Shown: positions 46,601 through 57,211, numbered from the stretch's first letter. The stretch is DNA of 64,000 nt from an uncultured Burkholderiales bacterium (GCA_903892175.1 CAITHK010000267.1:146-64145), one strand, 5' to 3'. Program-made: numbers and translations. Notes: generated by a model not told the origin, from the letters alone.

Positions 46601-48469
46601 ATGAGCGCAAAAAAGATTCTCGGGTGCCTGTGCCTTTCTTTGATAGTGAGCGCCACGGCTATGGCGCAGACGAAGCCAGAACCCTCAGAGCCATTTGAGG
46701 TTGAAAGCAGTCAATTCCGCCGCACAGGTTCTTATGCAGAGGTCGAGGAGGCGTGTCATCGATTTGCCAACACCTACCCCGATGCGGTGCGTTGTTTGAA
46801 CATCGGCCTAACGGCTGAAGGCCGTTCCATCTGGGCTTTGGTCGTGAGTCGCAGCGGCGCTTTGACCGCCGACGCTGCCAAGCGCTTGAACGTTCCAGTG
46901 GTGCTGGCCATTGGGGGAACCCACGCGGGTGAAATTGACGGCAAGGATGCGGGGTTGATGTTGGTACGAGACTGGCTCAAAAAGCCACCTTCCAATGACC
47001 CCCTCACACATCAGGTTTTTTTGTTTGTCCCGGTGTTCAATGTGGATGGGCATGAACGTCCAAGCCCATACAACCGGCCTAACCAAAATGGTCCGAGCCT
47101 GCAAGGCGAGCGGGTCACGGCGCAACGCATCAACTTGAACCGAGACTGGATGTTGGGGCAGACTTCGGAGATGAATGCCATGCTGCAACTCATTGCCGAA
47201 TGGGACCCTTTGCTCACGCTGGATTTGCATGTGACCGACGGCGTACGTTTTCGCCATGACGTGTCTTTGTCCATGTCGTCCATGTTTGGTGTGGATGATG
47301 CCTTGCGGGAGGTGTCGGACCAATTTTCTTCGGACATGGTGAAGCATTTGACGGCCAGTGGACACCGCCCTTTGGACTTCACGCCCGTCTTGTTAGATTT
47401 AGAAAATCCACGGGCAGGCATCATGCGCGACGCAGATGCGCCTCGGTTTTCGCATGTGTACGCGGTGCTGAGAAATCGCTTGGGCATCTTGGTAGAAGAC
47501 CATGCTTGGGATCCGTATGCAAAACGTGTGAAAACAAGTCTGGATGTTTTGACCGCCGCACTTGAGTTGATGGCCAAGCAAGGCAGACAGTTGCTCAGCA
47601 TTGCACGGCTGGCCGATGAAAACGCACTGGGCATGTTTAGCCAATCGGTGGCTTTGGACTGGCACAACATGCTTGAAACAGGCACTGAGATTGCGACAGG
47701 CCAAGCCGATCTGCTGGGTTACGAATACACCACACACAGCGATGCGCCAGTGGTGGGTGGGCGTCACATCACCTACCATCTGAATCGACCAACGGTGTGG
47801 CGGGTGCCTGTCTTTTCCGACATTCAACCCGTCAACCATGCCATCGTGAGTTTCCCCCAAGCTGGATACATCATTCCTGCAGGCTGGGTTTCGGTGGTGT
47901 TGCCGTATCTGCAAAAACACAACATCACTTACCACGTGTTGGACAAGGCGATGCAAGGTGTGGAGGTGCAACAACTTCAAGTCGACCCAGAGAGCATTTC
48001 CTTTGAGTCGCGGACGTTTCAAGGACGCCTGAGAACCTTCATCACGGGTGAATGGGTCAACGCGCAAACCCACTTGATGGCAGGCTCGATTTATGTGCCA
48101 ATTCGCCAAGCACGTTCATTGTTGGTGGCCCATTTGTTGGAGCCCGTCGCACCTGACTCTTTGTCGCGGTGGGGGTTGTTCAACACAGCTTACGAAATCA
48201 CCGACCATATTTCGAACCACCGGCAACTGCAAATTGCGCAGTGGATGTTTTCTGAGGACCGACGCATCCGTGAACGCTATGGTGAAGGTCTACAAAATAA
48301 GTTGTCTGCGTTGCGCAAGGAGTATCAAGTGCGCATGGACCGCGACGAGCGGTTTCAGGAAGATCCTGAGCAACGCATGGATTTTTGGATCAGCCAAATT
48401 CCTTACCACGACCCCACTTACAACAAATACCCTGTGATGCGGACGGATCGCTTGATAGAGCATCCTTGA
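46601..48469 (+). CDS. Secreted M14 family zinc carboxypeptidase
   Basis: Signal peptide; HAGEIDG (HxxE), FNVDGHE, NLNRD and DLHVTDG. Confidence 0.87.
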   Translation: MSAKKILGCLCLSLIVSATAMAQTKPEPSEPFEVESSQFRRTGSYAEVEEACHRFANTYPDAVRCLNIGLTAEGRSIWALVVSRSGALTADAAKRLNVPVVLAIGGTHAGEIDGKDAGLMLVRDWLKKPPSNDPLTHQVFLFVPVFNVDGHERPSPYNRPNQNGPSLQGERVTAQRINLNRDWMLGQTSEMNAMLQLIAEWDPLLTLDLHVTDGVRFRHDVSLSMSSMFGVDDALREVSDQFSSDMVKHLTASGHRPLDFTPVLLDLENPRAGIMRDADAPRFSHVYAVLRNRLGILVEDHAWDPYAKRVKTSLDVLTAALELMAKQGRQLLSIARLADENALGMFSQSVALDWHNMLETGTEIATGQADLLGYEYTTHSDAPVVGGRHITYHLNRPTVWRVPVFSDIQPVNHAIVSFPQAGYIIPAGWVSVVLPYLQKHNITYHVLDKAMQGVEVQQLQVDPESISFESRTFQGRLRTFITGEWVNAQTHLMAGSIYVPIRQARSLLVAHLLEPVAPDSLSRWGLFNTAYEITDHISNHRQLQIAQWMFSEDRRIRERYGEGLQNKLSALRKEYQVRMDRDERFQEDPEQRMDFWISQIPYHDPTYNKYPVMRTDRLIEHP

Positions 48470-48517
48470 GCTTGTAGGGCCTTGCTGAGCGCCATGCTTG
48501 ATGAGCGCGGACCGCAC

Positions 48518-49231
48518 TCACAGTGACAACGCTGTCAGTCCTTGGATATGGTGCTTGTCGATGGACCGTGCCACAAAGCCTGAAGCCAGCAAGTCTTTGA
48601 CAAAGTTCTGTAAGAACTCATCTGCGGCAGCTCTGCCACGGGGGATGGCAAATCCGTGGTTGACTGTCATGAAGTTGCCGGACAACAAGCGACTGTCGGG
48701 CAGCTTGTTGAGCGATTCCATTAGATTAGGTTTAAGTCCCGCCAGGACACAAACTGCGTGCTCACTGAAAACTTCAAGAGAGTGGGCAAAGTTTTGGGTG
48801 CGAACGATGGACGCATTTTTCAGGGACCCACTGAGGTAGAGCTCATAGCCCGCCTTGAGGGGCGCGGCAATTGTCACTCCTTTGGCATCGACTTGGTCGG
48901 CATGTTGGAGCGCAGAGTTGTGGGGCACGATGTAGCCTGCTTCAATCTCGGTCATGGCCGGCGAAAAGCTCAGGGTTTGTGCCCGGCTTTTTTCAATCGC
49001 CAAGATGGCGACATCCCAGGTGCCGCTTGAGGAGGCATCGGCCACTTGGCCGGGTTCGTCATACACCACGAGTTCAAGGGGAACGCCAAGGCGGTTCGCT
49101 AACTCGTGCATCAAGTCGACGCTGACGCCTTGCAAATGTCCCGCATCGTCTTGGCGAGTGAAGAGGGTGTTGCCCAAATTCATGCCAGCACGCAGCGAGC
49201 CTGTTGGGGCTAATTCATGTTGGACGTTCAA
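48518..49231 (-). CDS. PBP2/family-3 substrate-binding-fold protein lacking an obvious signal peptide
   Basis: Motifs LAPTGSLRAGMNLGN, GVSVDL and WDVAIL; starts 3 nt after the upstream Bug gene. Confidence 0.75.
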   Translation of the reverse strand: MNVQHELAPTGSLRAGMNLGNTLFTRQDDAGHLQGVSVDLMHELANRLGVPLELVVYDEPGQVADASSSGTWDVAILAIEKSRAQTLSFSPAMTEIEAGYIVPHNSALQHADQVDAKGVTIAAPLKAGYELYLSGSLKNASIVRTQNFAHSLEVFSEHAVCVLAGLKPNLMESLNKLPDSRLLSGNFMTVNHGFAIPRGRAAADEFLQNFVKDLLASGFVARSIDKHHIQGLTALSL

Positions 49232-49234
49232 AAC

Positions 49235-50200
49235 TCACTCGTCTTTCATGTGGGTGGCTTTGACCACGGCAGACAAGCGCAGACGCTCTTCATCCACAAA
49301 CTTGTTGAAGGAAGCGCGTGTGCCACCGATGGGTTCAATGCCCACATTTTTCAAACGCTCAGAGATCTCGGGCATCTTCATGGCCGCGTCAACGGCGGCG
49401 CTCATTTTGTCGAGGATGTCCGCCGGTGTCGCAGCGGGCGCATGGATGCCGGCCCAATGGGCAATACGCAGCTCGCTGAAACCTTGTTCACTGGCGGTGG
49501 AAAGTTGCTTGTAGACCGAGATGCGAGATGTCCAGGTATTGGCGAGGGCTTTGAGTTTGCCGCTCTTGATGTAGGGCAAAGCGACGATGCTGGCCTCTGA
49601 GGTGCCTTCCACTTGGTTGCTCAGCACCGCGGAGATGGACTCTGAACCGCTTTTGTAGGGCACCAGATCGAGTTTGGCGCCGTATTTGGTTTCCAAAATA
49701 CCAGACACAAAGTGCGGTGTGCTACCCGTGCCCGCGGTGGCCCAATGAAAACCGGGCCCGTTCTTGGATGCTGCAATGAATTCTTTCAAATCGTTGTAAG
49801 GTGAGTTGGCGGGAACCAAAATCACAGAAGGGGCCAAGCCAATCATCACCACGGGCGTCAAATCACTGTCTTTGTACGGCATGGATTTTTTGATCATGCT
49901 GTTGGAGAGCACGCCGGCCGCACTGATCAAGAAGGTGTAACCATCGGCTGGACTTCTGGCCACCACATCAGCACCCAAGGTGGTGCCCCCACCGGGTTTG
50001 TTTTCCACAATCACGGCTTGCCCCAGAATTTTTGAGGCACCTTCTGCCGCAGAGCGCGCCATCAAATCGTTGGCGCCGCCCGCAGAAAACGGCACGATCA
50101 ATTTGATGGGTTTGTTCGGCCAGGCCGCTTGGGCATGAGCGCTCAAACCTAGGCTGAAGGCGGATAAACCGAAACACAGAGAAGTCAATAGTTTGTGCAT
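49235..50200 (-). CDS. Bug/TctC substrate-binding protein
   Basis: Motifs WPNKPIKLIVPFSAGGAND, AGTGS and VPYKSG. Confidence 0.92.
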   Translation of the reverse strand: MHKLLTSLCFGLSAFSLGLSAHAQAAWPNKPIKLIVPFSAGGANDLMARSAAEGASKILGQAVIVENKPGGGTTLGADVVARSPADGYTFLISAAGVLSNSMIKKSMPYKDSDLTPVVMIGLAPSVILVPANSPYNDLKEFIAASKNGPGFHWATAGTGSTPHFVSGILETKYGAKLDLVPYKSGSESISAVLSNQVEGTSEASIVALPYIKSGKLKALANTWTSRISVYKQLSTASEQGFSELRIAHWAGIHAPAATPADILDKMSAAVDAAMKMPEISERLKNVGIEPIGGTRASFNKFVDEERLRLSAVVKATHMKDE

Positions 50201-50447
50201 GTTGAGCTTTCAATTGAACGAAGTGACCTTGAAACGATCTTCTTGGATCATTGTTTTGATTTGGTGGTGCGCGCCATGGTTTCTGCAAAGGAATCAACAG
50301 CCCAAACCCATCAACGACCAAAGCAGGTGTTTGCCCTTGGGGCGTGTGACGCATCCGTGAACGTTCAAAACGTGGCCGTGATGTTACCCTTCATCTCTGT
50401 CTTTTGAGTGCTATTTCAAGGCGCTCAGGCAAGGTCAAGGAGATGAG

Positions 50448-51317
50448 ATGACATTGGGTACGCTGCTGCGTCAAAAACTGAACGATCGAAGAGGCTTGTT
50501 GGTTCCAGGCGCGGCCAATGCATTGACTGCTCGTTTGATTGCAGACCTCGGTTTTGAGGCGGTTTACTTGAGTGGAGCAGGGCTGACCAACACGTTTTAT
50601 GGCATTCCGGATTTGGGCTTCATGAGCCTGCAAGACATTGCACAGCACACGGCGGCGATTCGAGATGCTGTGAACTTGCCCCTGATTGTGGATGCCGACA
50701 CTGGATTTGGCAATGCACTCAACGTTTACCACTCGGTCAAGGTTTTGGAGCGTTCAGGCGCCAACGCCATTCAACTTGAAGATCAGGTGATGCCCAAGAA
50801 ATGTGGGCATTTCAATGACAAGTCGATCATTCCATGCGCGGAGATGGTTTCTAAAATCCGCGCGGCTGTGGATGCCCGCCATGATCCAGATTTTTTGATC
50901 ATTGCACGCACAGATTCCCGCGCCATTGACGGATTTGAGGCCGCTGTGGAGCGTGCCAATCGCTATGCAGAAGCCGGCGCCGATGTCACATTTTTAGAGG
51001 CCCCCACGTCATTGGAGGAAATCCAAAGAATCCCTGCTTCTATTGCATGCCCACAAATCATCAACATCGTCATTGGGGGCAAAACCCCGGCGCCTGACTT
51101 GAGCCAGTTGCGTGAGTGGGGGTTTGGCATGGTGTTGTATGCCAACGCGGCATTGCAAGGCGCTTTGATGGGGTCTAAATTGGCCTTGCAGGCTTTGCAG
51201 CGGGAAGGCCAGTTGCTTGAAAGCTCGGGTTTGGTTGCTACGTTTGAAGAACGTCAACGCTACGTGGACAAAGACAGGTTCGATGCCTTGAATCAAAAAT
51301 ACGGAGATTCGTTCTAA
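50448..51317 (+). CDS. Isocitrate lyase/PEP mutase superfamily C-C lyase (PrpB/dimethylmalate lyase-like)
   Basis: Motifs YLSGAG, PDLG, VDADTGFG, EDQVMPKKCGH and IIARTD. Confidence 0.9.
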   Translation: MTLGTLLRQKLNDRRGLLVPGAANALTARLIADLGFEAVYLSGAGLTNTFYGIPDLGFMSLQDIAQHTAAIRDAVNLPLIVDADTGFGNALNVYHSVKVLERSGANAIQLEDQVMPKKCGHFNDKSIIPCAEMVSKIRAAVDARHDPDFLIIARTDSRAIDGFEAAVERANRYAEAGADVTFLEAPTSLEEIQRIPASIACPQIINIVIGGKTPAPDLSQLREWGFGMVLYANAALQGALMGSKLALQALQREGQLLESSGLVATFEERQRYVDKDRFDALNQKYGDSF

Positions 51318-51385
51318 CCCCGTCTACGTGCAACACCTGATCGCGCGCAAGCGTCCTTGAATTTCTTGGAACTAACCGTGCATGC

Positions 51386-52168
51386 TCACTCGTGTGCATG
51401 AGCGGCGCGCCAGCCCAGACGAACGTCCAGCGCCTCTGATTTGCGCACCACGGGGTCGTAACTCATGTCGCCAAAATCAGCGGCATCCAAGTGCAAATAA
51501 TCGGCGGACTTGGCCCCAGGACGTGGCCAAGCGTGATGGGCGGGTTCAGCCGATTCCACCAGATCCATGCGCACTTTGAATCCGCTCTTGTCTTGCCGTG
51601 TGATCCGCTTAGGGAGTTGCAGTTCGGGCAGCCAATCGATCGCCAAGCGGTCCTGACCCACCACGCCGCTGAGCTGCAAAAGTGTTGTGTTGCCTGCGCC
51701 ATGCTTTGAATTCAACTTCAGATGTCGCAATTCGTCTGGATGAACAAAGGTCGAGAGTTCTGCCCAATTGACGATGACACGCAAGGTTTGTAATTCGCCG
51801 GTGCTGTAGTCCACCACACGTTCATCTTCGTGAAACACACGTTCAAAACTGATGCGCTGTTGCCCATCGCGGTACCAGATCTCATCGACATTGCCTTTGA
51901 GCAGGGCGATTCGCTGAGCCTCTCTGTAAAAGTACCAGGTGTGAGTTTTGGGTTTTTCGTGCGTCTTGACAAAGGGGGGCGGCACGATCGTGACAACATA
52001 CCTCGCAGCAACAGGTTTGAGCGCTGAATCAAGGTTCAAGGCTGAAGATGTCGTGCGCTGAAGGTTTTGAGCCTGTGTGGTGGCGGTGACCGCCCAAATA
52101 GCCACCCCACACGCCAGCAGTTTGAGACAAGGTATTTTCAAAACGACAAGCCGCGTGCGATACATCAT
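51386..52168 (-). CDS. Exported hypothetical protein co-transcribed with alkaline phosphatase
   Basis: 260-aa ORF 7 nt downstream of the phoA stop; signal-like N-terminus and C-terminal DAADFGDM...HAHE. Confidence 0.65.
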   Translation of the reverse strand: MMYRTRLVVLKIPCLKLLACGVAIWAVTATTQAQNLQRTTSSALNLDSALKPVAARYVVTIVPPPFVKTHEKPKTHTWYFYREAQRIALLKGNVDEIWYRDGQQRISFERVFHEDERVVDYSTGELQTLRVIVNWAELSTFVHPDELRHLKLNSKHGAGNTTLLQLSGVVGQDRLAIDWLPELQLPKRITRQDKSGFKVRMDLVESAEPAHHAWPRPGAKSADYLHLDAADFGDMSYDPVVRKSEALDVRLGWRAAHAHE

Positions 52169-52175
52169 GCCAGGA

Positions 52176-53750
52176 TTATTTAAGCGCTTCCATCATCACG
52201 TGGAAGATCCAGTTTTGCTCCATCGACCCACGCACCAAGTGTGCTTTGGGACCGCGTGCATAGATAGCCACATCTTCACCTGCATGGGTTTCTGCTGCCA
52301 AAGGCACGGTGGCTTCTTGCAAGAAATCAACATGGGTCGTGTCCACGTTGGTCAAGTCGGGGCGACCATTGGGACGAGCGCCTGGTCCATTGGTGTAGGC
52401 CAAGGTGGTGAAAGGACGGCCATTGGCGTCCAGGCTGTTCTTGAGGGGCGCGCCGTCTTTGGCAGGCACTTCACGTACCAAGCCCAGGATGTGATTGCCT
52501 CGGCTTGGATAGCCTGCGATGGTGAAGGTGTGGCTGTGGTCTGCCGTGACGATGATGAGTGTGTCTTCCAACGCGCCAGAGGTTTTCAACACATCCAAGG
52601 TGCGCTGAATGGCGTTTGAAAATTCAATGGTGTCAGTCAACGCGCGGCTGGCATTGCCGGCATGGTGGGCGTGGTCAATGCGGCCACCTTCCACATGCAA
52701 GAAAAATCCCTTGGGGTCTTTCAGCAAAACGCGCAGCGCTTTGTCGGTCATCTCGGTCAGGGAGGGTTCGCCAGCGGGGTCGTTGGCGCGGTCAGCTTCG
52801 TACTGAACATGCGAAGGCTCGAATAACCCTAACAGATAGCTGTTGTTGGCGGGTTCGAAGGCATCAAATTGCGCTTTGTTCCAAGCGTAGCTGGCTCGGC
52901 CGAAGGAAGCGCGTGAGGTCACCCAGTCTTGGGTCAAATCCCGGCCATCCAAGCGACGACCTTTGTCCTTGGGGTATTCCGGATCATTCAAAGAGCTGGG
53001 CATGAAGTAAGTACGCCCGCCCCCTAAAACGACTTTCAGGCTTTTGCGCACTTGGGGCGAAACTTCGATCATCTGTCGCGCAATGTCTTTGACGGCGCCG
53101 TCAGCGCCGCGGCAGGCAGCGCCGGTGTTGATGTCCGTGACGGGCAAGTTGGAATCAGCCTCCCAATCGCGCATGGCCGTGTGTGCATACAAGGCTGCGG
53201 GTGTGGCATGCGTGATGCGCGCTGTCGACACGATACCGGTGGACTTGCCCATCTCTGCGGCGTGCTCAAGGACGGAACGCAGCTTCTTGGATTCAACCAC
53301 AGCTGCATTGCATTCACCACGGGCCGTGGTGTGGTTGACCGACAACATGCCCTCGCGCGCCTTGTACCCTGTGGCCATGGCCGTCATGGTGGGCGCTGAA
53401 TCAGACGTCTGCTGGTCCCAGGAATAAGTTTTCGACAACGCGGTGTAAGGGAATCGGTCAAACGACAAACGGTTTTCTTCGCCGGGTTTGTTCTTCAACT
53501 GACCCTCCAGGATGCGTGCTGCGGTGATGGTGCTGATGCCCATGCCATCCCCCACAAACAACACCACATTCTTGGCGCGTCGGTTGTTGTCGTGCAATGA
53601 CTTGCCTTGTTCAATGAAAGCTTGGCCCGCAGTGAACCAATCCGCCACAGCTTCAGGACCTTGGACAACGGGAGTCGCTTGTGCGTGTGCGGTTGACTGC
53701 GCAAGAAGCGCGACGGCAAGAAATACAGCAGAGCAGAGATGACGATTCAT
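52176..53750 (-). CDS. phoA: Alkaline phosphatase (PhoA family)
   Basis: FVGDGMG, active-site Ser in TSDSA, ITHATPA, VEGGRIDHAHH, TADHSH and THAGEDV; signal peptide. Confidence 0.92.
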   Translation of the reverse strand: MNRHLCSAVFLAVALLAQSTAHAQATPVVQGPEAVADWFTAGQAFIEQGKSLHDNNRRAKNVVLFVGDGMGISTITAARILEGQLKNKPGEENRLSFDRFPYTALSKTYSWDQQTSDSAPTMTAMATGYKAREGMLSVNHTTARGECNAAVVESKKLRSVLEHAAEMGKSTGIVSTARITHATPAALYAHTAMRDWEADSNLPVTDINTGAACRGADGAVKDIARQMIEVSPQVRKSLKVVLGGGRTYFMPSSLNDPEYPKDKGRRLDGRDLTQDWVTSRASFGRASYAWNKAQFDAFEPANNSYLLGLFEPSHVQYEADRANDPAGEPSLTEMTDKALRVLLKDPKGFFLHVEGGRIDHAHHAGNASRALTDTIEFSNAIQRTLDVLKTSGALEDTLIIVTADHSHTFTIAGYPSRGNHILGLVREVPAKDGAPLKNSLDANGRPFTTLAYTNGPGARPNGRPDLTNVDTTHVDFLQEATVPLAAETHAGEDVAIYARGPKAHLVRGSMEQNWIFHVMMEALK

Positions 53751-53937
53751 TGGGATGTGTTCCTGTCACTTCGTTGGAAGAAAGGGCTCATGTGTATCGA
53801 TTCACTGAGCAAATTTTTTTTGAATTTTGCTTCATGGATGTGTCAATGCCGTGAAATCTTCGCTGCATCTTGTGTACGCCCAATCAGTTTTCTCGGGATA
53901 ACCCTCTGGTTGGACGGATCAAGAAAAGCTAAGCTTG

Positions 53938-53953
53938 AGTACGGTACCTTACT
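53938..53953. promoter_or_regulatory. Near-perfect palindrome upstream of monooxygenase operon (candidate MarR operator)
   Basis: AGTACGGTACCTTACT has 7 of 8 pairs complementary and lies about 55 nt before the ATG. Confidence 0.45.
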
Positions 53954-54008
53954 AAATGCGTGCGCTTGCCTTGGCAAGGTTGCAAAACCTCGCACGGAGC
54001 GGGAATGA

Positions 54009-55628
54009 ATGATGACTGATAAACCAATGGATGTGCCAGTTCTCGTTGTGGGGGGGGGGCCAGTTGGGCTGTCCTTGGCCATTGATTTGGGTTGGCGAGG
54101 CATTGAATGTCAAGTGCTCGAACAAGGTGATGGTTCTGTCGATCACCCACGACTTGGCATCATCTTGACTCGCACCATGGAGTTGTGCCGACGCTGGGGC
54201 ATCGTCGACAAAATATACGACTGTGGCTTCAACAATGATTACAAACTCAATGTGGTCTATGCAACCTCCATGACGGGCTACTTGCTGGGTAGGGATGAAA
54301 ACCCGAGTTGCAATGACATGCCAGCGCCCATCCAAAGCACGGAGAAGAGACAACGCTGTCCTCAAATCTGGTTCAACCCAATTTTAGAAAAGGCTGCGTT
54401 GCAATTTCCATCTGTCAATGTCATGCACCACCATAAATTAGACAGTTTCCAAGACTGCAAAGACCATGTGGAGGTTTTCGCGACAGATTCGCAAAGCGGC
54501 AAAAAACGGCATTTCCGGGCTAAATTTCTGGTCGCTTGCGATGGCGCAGCCAGCTCAGTCCGAGCCAGTTTGGGGATAGAGATGCAGGGAAATCCTGCCC
54601 TGAGTTACTCCGTGAACATTTTCATTCGCAGTCCCGATCTGCTGAGCTTGCATGACAAAGGCGAGGCTGAGCGATATATTTTTGTCGGCACTCAAGGGAC
54701 CTGGGCGAACCTGACCGTGGTGGACGGACGCGAGCTTTGGCGAATCACCATCATCGGATCAGAACATATGATGGATATGGATGAGTTGGATGCAACAGCG
54801 CTTGTGCGTGAGTGTCTGGGCACGGATCAAATTCCATTCGAACTGCTGTCCGTCAAGCCATGGCGCCGCACCGAGTTGATTGCTTCCAAGTTCAGTTCGG
54901 GCAGGGTTTTCCTTGCGGGGGATGCCGCGCACACCATGTCTCCGACGGGGGGGCATGGCATGAATACGGGCGTGAGCGATGTCGCAGATTTAGGCTGGAA
55001 ATTTCAAGCCCTGCTTCAGGGCTGGGGTGGACAGGGTCTTTTAGATGCATACGAAAAAGAGCGCAAACCCGTGGCGCAGGCTGTTGCCGCTGCATCAGCC
55101 AAAAACTTTCGTGCTTGGGTGTCCGCAACATCATGTGAGGACATTTTGGACAGCACACCCTCAGGGGAAGCGACGCGTCAGCGAATTGGTCATCACATGA
55201 CCGAAGTAGGTCGGGAGGATTGGGACTCTTTAGGTTTGCAGTTGGGTGTGAGGTACGACGAATCGCCAATCTGTGTTCACGATGGGTCGCCGGCCCCTGC
55301 ATTGACCGTCATTGACTACCAGCAGACCTCCAGGCCTGGCGCACGTGCGCCCCATGCCTGGCTTGCTGAGGGGTACTCAACACTTGACCTATTTGGCAAG
55401 TCTTATGTCTTGATGCAGTTTGACATGGGGGCATTCGTGGGCAACCTCGAACACTTGGCCAGGCAGCGTGGCGTGCCTCTGAAGCGAGAAGTCATTCATG
55501 ACCTCAGCATTGCCAAGTTGTATGAAAGGCGGCTCGTCCTGGTCCGACCGGATGGGGTGGTGGCATGGCGGGGGGATGCGCTTCCTGGCGATTGCACTGA
55601 ATTGCTTGACACGGTCACAGGTCATTGA
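54009..55628 (+). CDS. FAD-dependent aromatic monooxygenase (paralog of 23558-25210)
   Basis: Motifs [38 protein letters not shown] and VRPDGVVAWR. Confidence 0.92.
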   Translation: MMTDKPMDVPVLVVGGGPVGLSLAIDLGWRGIECQVLEQGDGSVDHPRLGIILTRTMELCRRWGIVDKIYDCGFNNDYKLNVVYATSMTGYLLGRDENPSCNDMPAPIQSTEKRQRCPQIWFNPILEKAALQFPSVNVMHHHKLDSFQDCKDHVEVFATDSQSGKKRHFRAKFLVACDGAASSVRASLGIEMQGNPALSYSVNIFIRSPDLLSLHDKGEAERYIFVGTQGTWANLTVVDGRELWRITIIGSEHMMDMDELDATALVRECLGTDQIPFELLSVKPWRRTELIASKFSSGRVFLAGDAAHTMSPTGGHGMNTGVSDVADLGWKFQALLQGWGGQGLLDAYEKERKPVAQAVAAASAKNFRAWVSATSCEDILDSTPSGEATRQRIGHHMTEVGREDWDSLGLQLGVRYDESPICVHDGSPAPALTVIDYQQTSRPGARAPHAWLAEGYSTLDLFGKSYVLMQFDMGAFVGNLEHLARQRGVPLKREVIHDLSIAKLYERRLVLVRPDGVVAWRGDALPGDCTELLDTVTGH

Positions 55629-55662
55629 CAAAACGAATTGATTTTTGAAAGGGACTGAATCC

Positions 55663-56637
55663 ATGAAAGTTATTGATGCCCACGCGCACATTGTTGACCG
55701 CGAGTACCTTGAAGAGTTGACAGCTTTTATGGGGTTGACCAGCTCCAAGACTGAAGCTGGGCAGACCTTGCTTCGCAAAGGTAACTCAACCGTGGCCTGG
55801 TTCAGAGAAGATTTTTTTACGCCCGAAGACCGCATGGCGGTCATGGACAAGCAAGGCGTTGACTTGCGAATCCTTTCTCTCAGCAGTCCCAGTGTTTACG
55901 ACTGGCCAGCGGACCGGCAGGTTGAGCTGTCACGCTTTATCAATGATGCGACTGCAAAAGTTTGCAACGATCATCCAACCCGTTTTCAAGGTGTCGCAAC
56001 GCTGCCTCTGGGCGACACACAGGCTGCGCTCCATGAAATTGGCCGATCAGTGGATGAGCTGGGTCTCATTGGTGTCGCGATGGGTTCAAACATTGGCGGC
56101 AAGCCGCTCAATCACCCGGATTTGGAGCCTGTTTGGAAAGAGATCAATCGCAGACATCTGCCTGTGATTGAACACCCGATGTTGCCGTTGGGTTCAGACC
56201 ATATGGATGAGTTCGAGTTGCCTTTGCGCGTCGGATTTGTGTATGACACCACCACCGCCGTCGCAAGGATGATTTACGCAGGTGTTTTTGAAAGGTATCC
56301 AGATTTTCCGTTCATCATCGCCCATACGGGAGGTGCTCTTTTGGGATTGCTGGAGCGATTGGACAACGGGTATCGTCTTTTTCCAGACTGTCGAAAATAC
56401 ATCTCCAATCTTCCCAGCACTTACGCTCGAAATTTGTATTACGACACGTGCTCGTTTTTCGGTCCCAGTTTGAAAATGGCCAAAGATATTGTGGGCATTG
56501 ATCGCCTGCTTTGGGGGGCGGATGATCCCTTTATCGGCGCCTCTCCTGCCTACCTCGACTCTGCTGAGTTCACGCCTGAGGAGAAATCTTTGGTGTTGGG
56601 GGGCAATGCGGCACGAATTTTTGGGCTTGAGCTGTGA
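55663..56637 (+). CDS. Amidohydrolase-2 family protein, ACMSD-like decarboxylase
   Basis: Motifs IDAHAH, EHP, DTT, AHTGG, YYDT and WGADDPF. Confidence 0.85.
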   Translation: MKVIDAHAHIVDREYLEELTAFMGLTSSKTEAGQTLLRKGNSTVAWFREDFFTPEDRMAVMDKQGVDLRILSLSSPSVYDWPADRQVELSRFINDATAKVCNDHPTRFQGVATLPLGDTQAALHEIGRSVDELGLIGVAMGSNIGGKPLNHPDLEPVWKEINRRHLPVIEHPMLPLGSDHMDEFELPLRVGFVYDTTTAVARMIYAGVFERYPDFPFIIAHTGGALLGLLERLDNGYRLFPDCRKYISNLPSTYARNLYYDTCSFFGPSLKMAKDIVGIDRLLWGADDPFIGASPAYLDSAEFTPEEKSLVLGGNAARIFGLEL

Positions 56638-56649
56638 AACCCAGGTTCC

Positions 56650-57108
56650 TCATTGACCGTTGGATCTTTGCAAGTTTTGAATGATCGCTGCGAGCATGCG
56701 CTTGATATGAATCACTTCGGCGTCATCGAGCCCGTTCGTGGCTTCTGTGTTGACAACATCTGCGATGGGCAAAATTTCATCTTTAAGTTGTCTGCCTTTA
56801 GGGGTCAGTTCAACGATTGTTTTTCTTTTGTCTTGTGCGTTGCGCGTCAATTGAACCAGTCCTTTTTTCTCTAACGAAACAAGGACTTGACTCAATGACG
56901 ATTTTTCAACATGCAAGCGATCTGCCAACTCAACTTGGCTGCATTTGTCTTGTCGCCACAGAGCTCGCAGAGCGGACCAGTTGGAGGAGGGGATATCGTG
57001 TTGCGCAAGCTGTGCGTTGAGAGATCTGGTGAAAGCGCGGTAGGCGCCACGCACTAAAAATCCAAGACTTTCATTGTCTGGCGTGGGGTCTTCTTCTGGT
57101 TTGTCCAT
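56650..57108 (-). CDS. MarR-family transcriptional regulator
   Basis: Motifs SLGFLV, SQVELADRL, LEKKGLV and DKRKTIVELTPKG; start MDKPEE chosen. Confidence 0.88.
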   Translation of the reverse strand: MDKPEEDPTPDNESLGFLVRGAYRAFTRSLNAQLAQHDIPSSNWSALRALWRQDKCSQVELADRLHVEKSSLSQVLVSLEKKGLVQLTRNAQDKRKTIVELTPKGRQLKDEILPIADVVNTEATNGLDDAEVIHIKRMLAAIIQNLQRSNGQ

Positions 57109-57211
57109 GGGTCTTGAGCAGGTGTGTAAATTGAACTCAGGCGCCTTGGGATGATAGGGAACTTTCTTGGCTTTTGAAATTTGACTTTGACGAAAGAAAA
57201 AGGCGATAGAA

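Noticed and set aside
54051-54059. G9 homopolymer as a phase-variation tract
   Set aside because: It encodes the conserved Val-Gly-Gly-Gly of the FAD-binding GxGxxG motif and the frame is intact, so there is no evidence of slippage.
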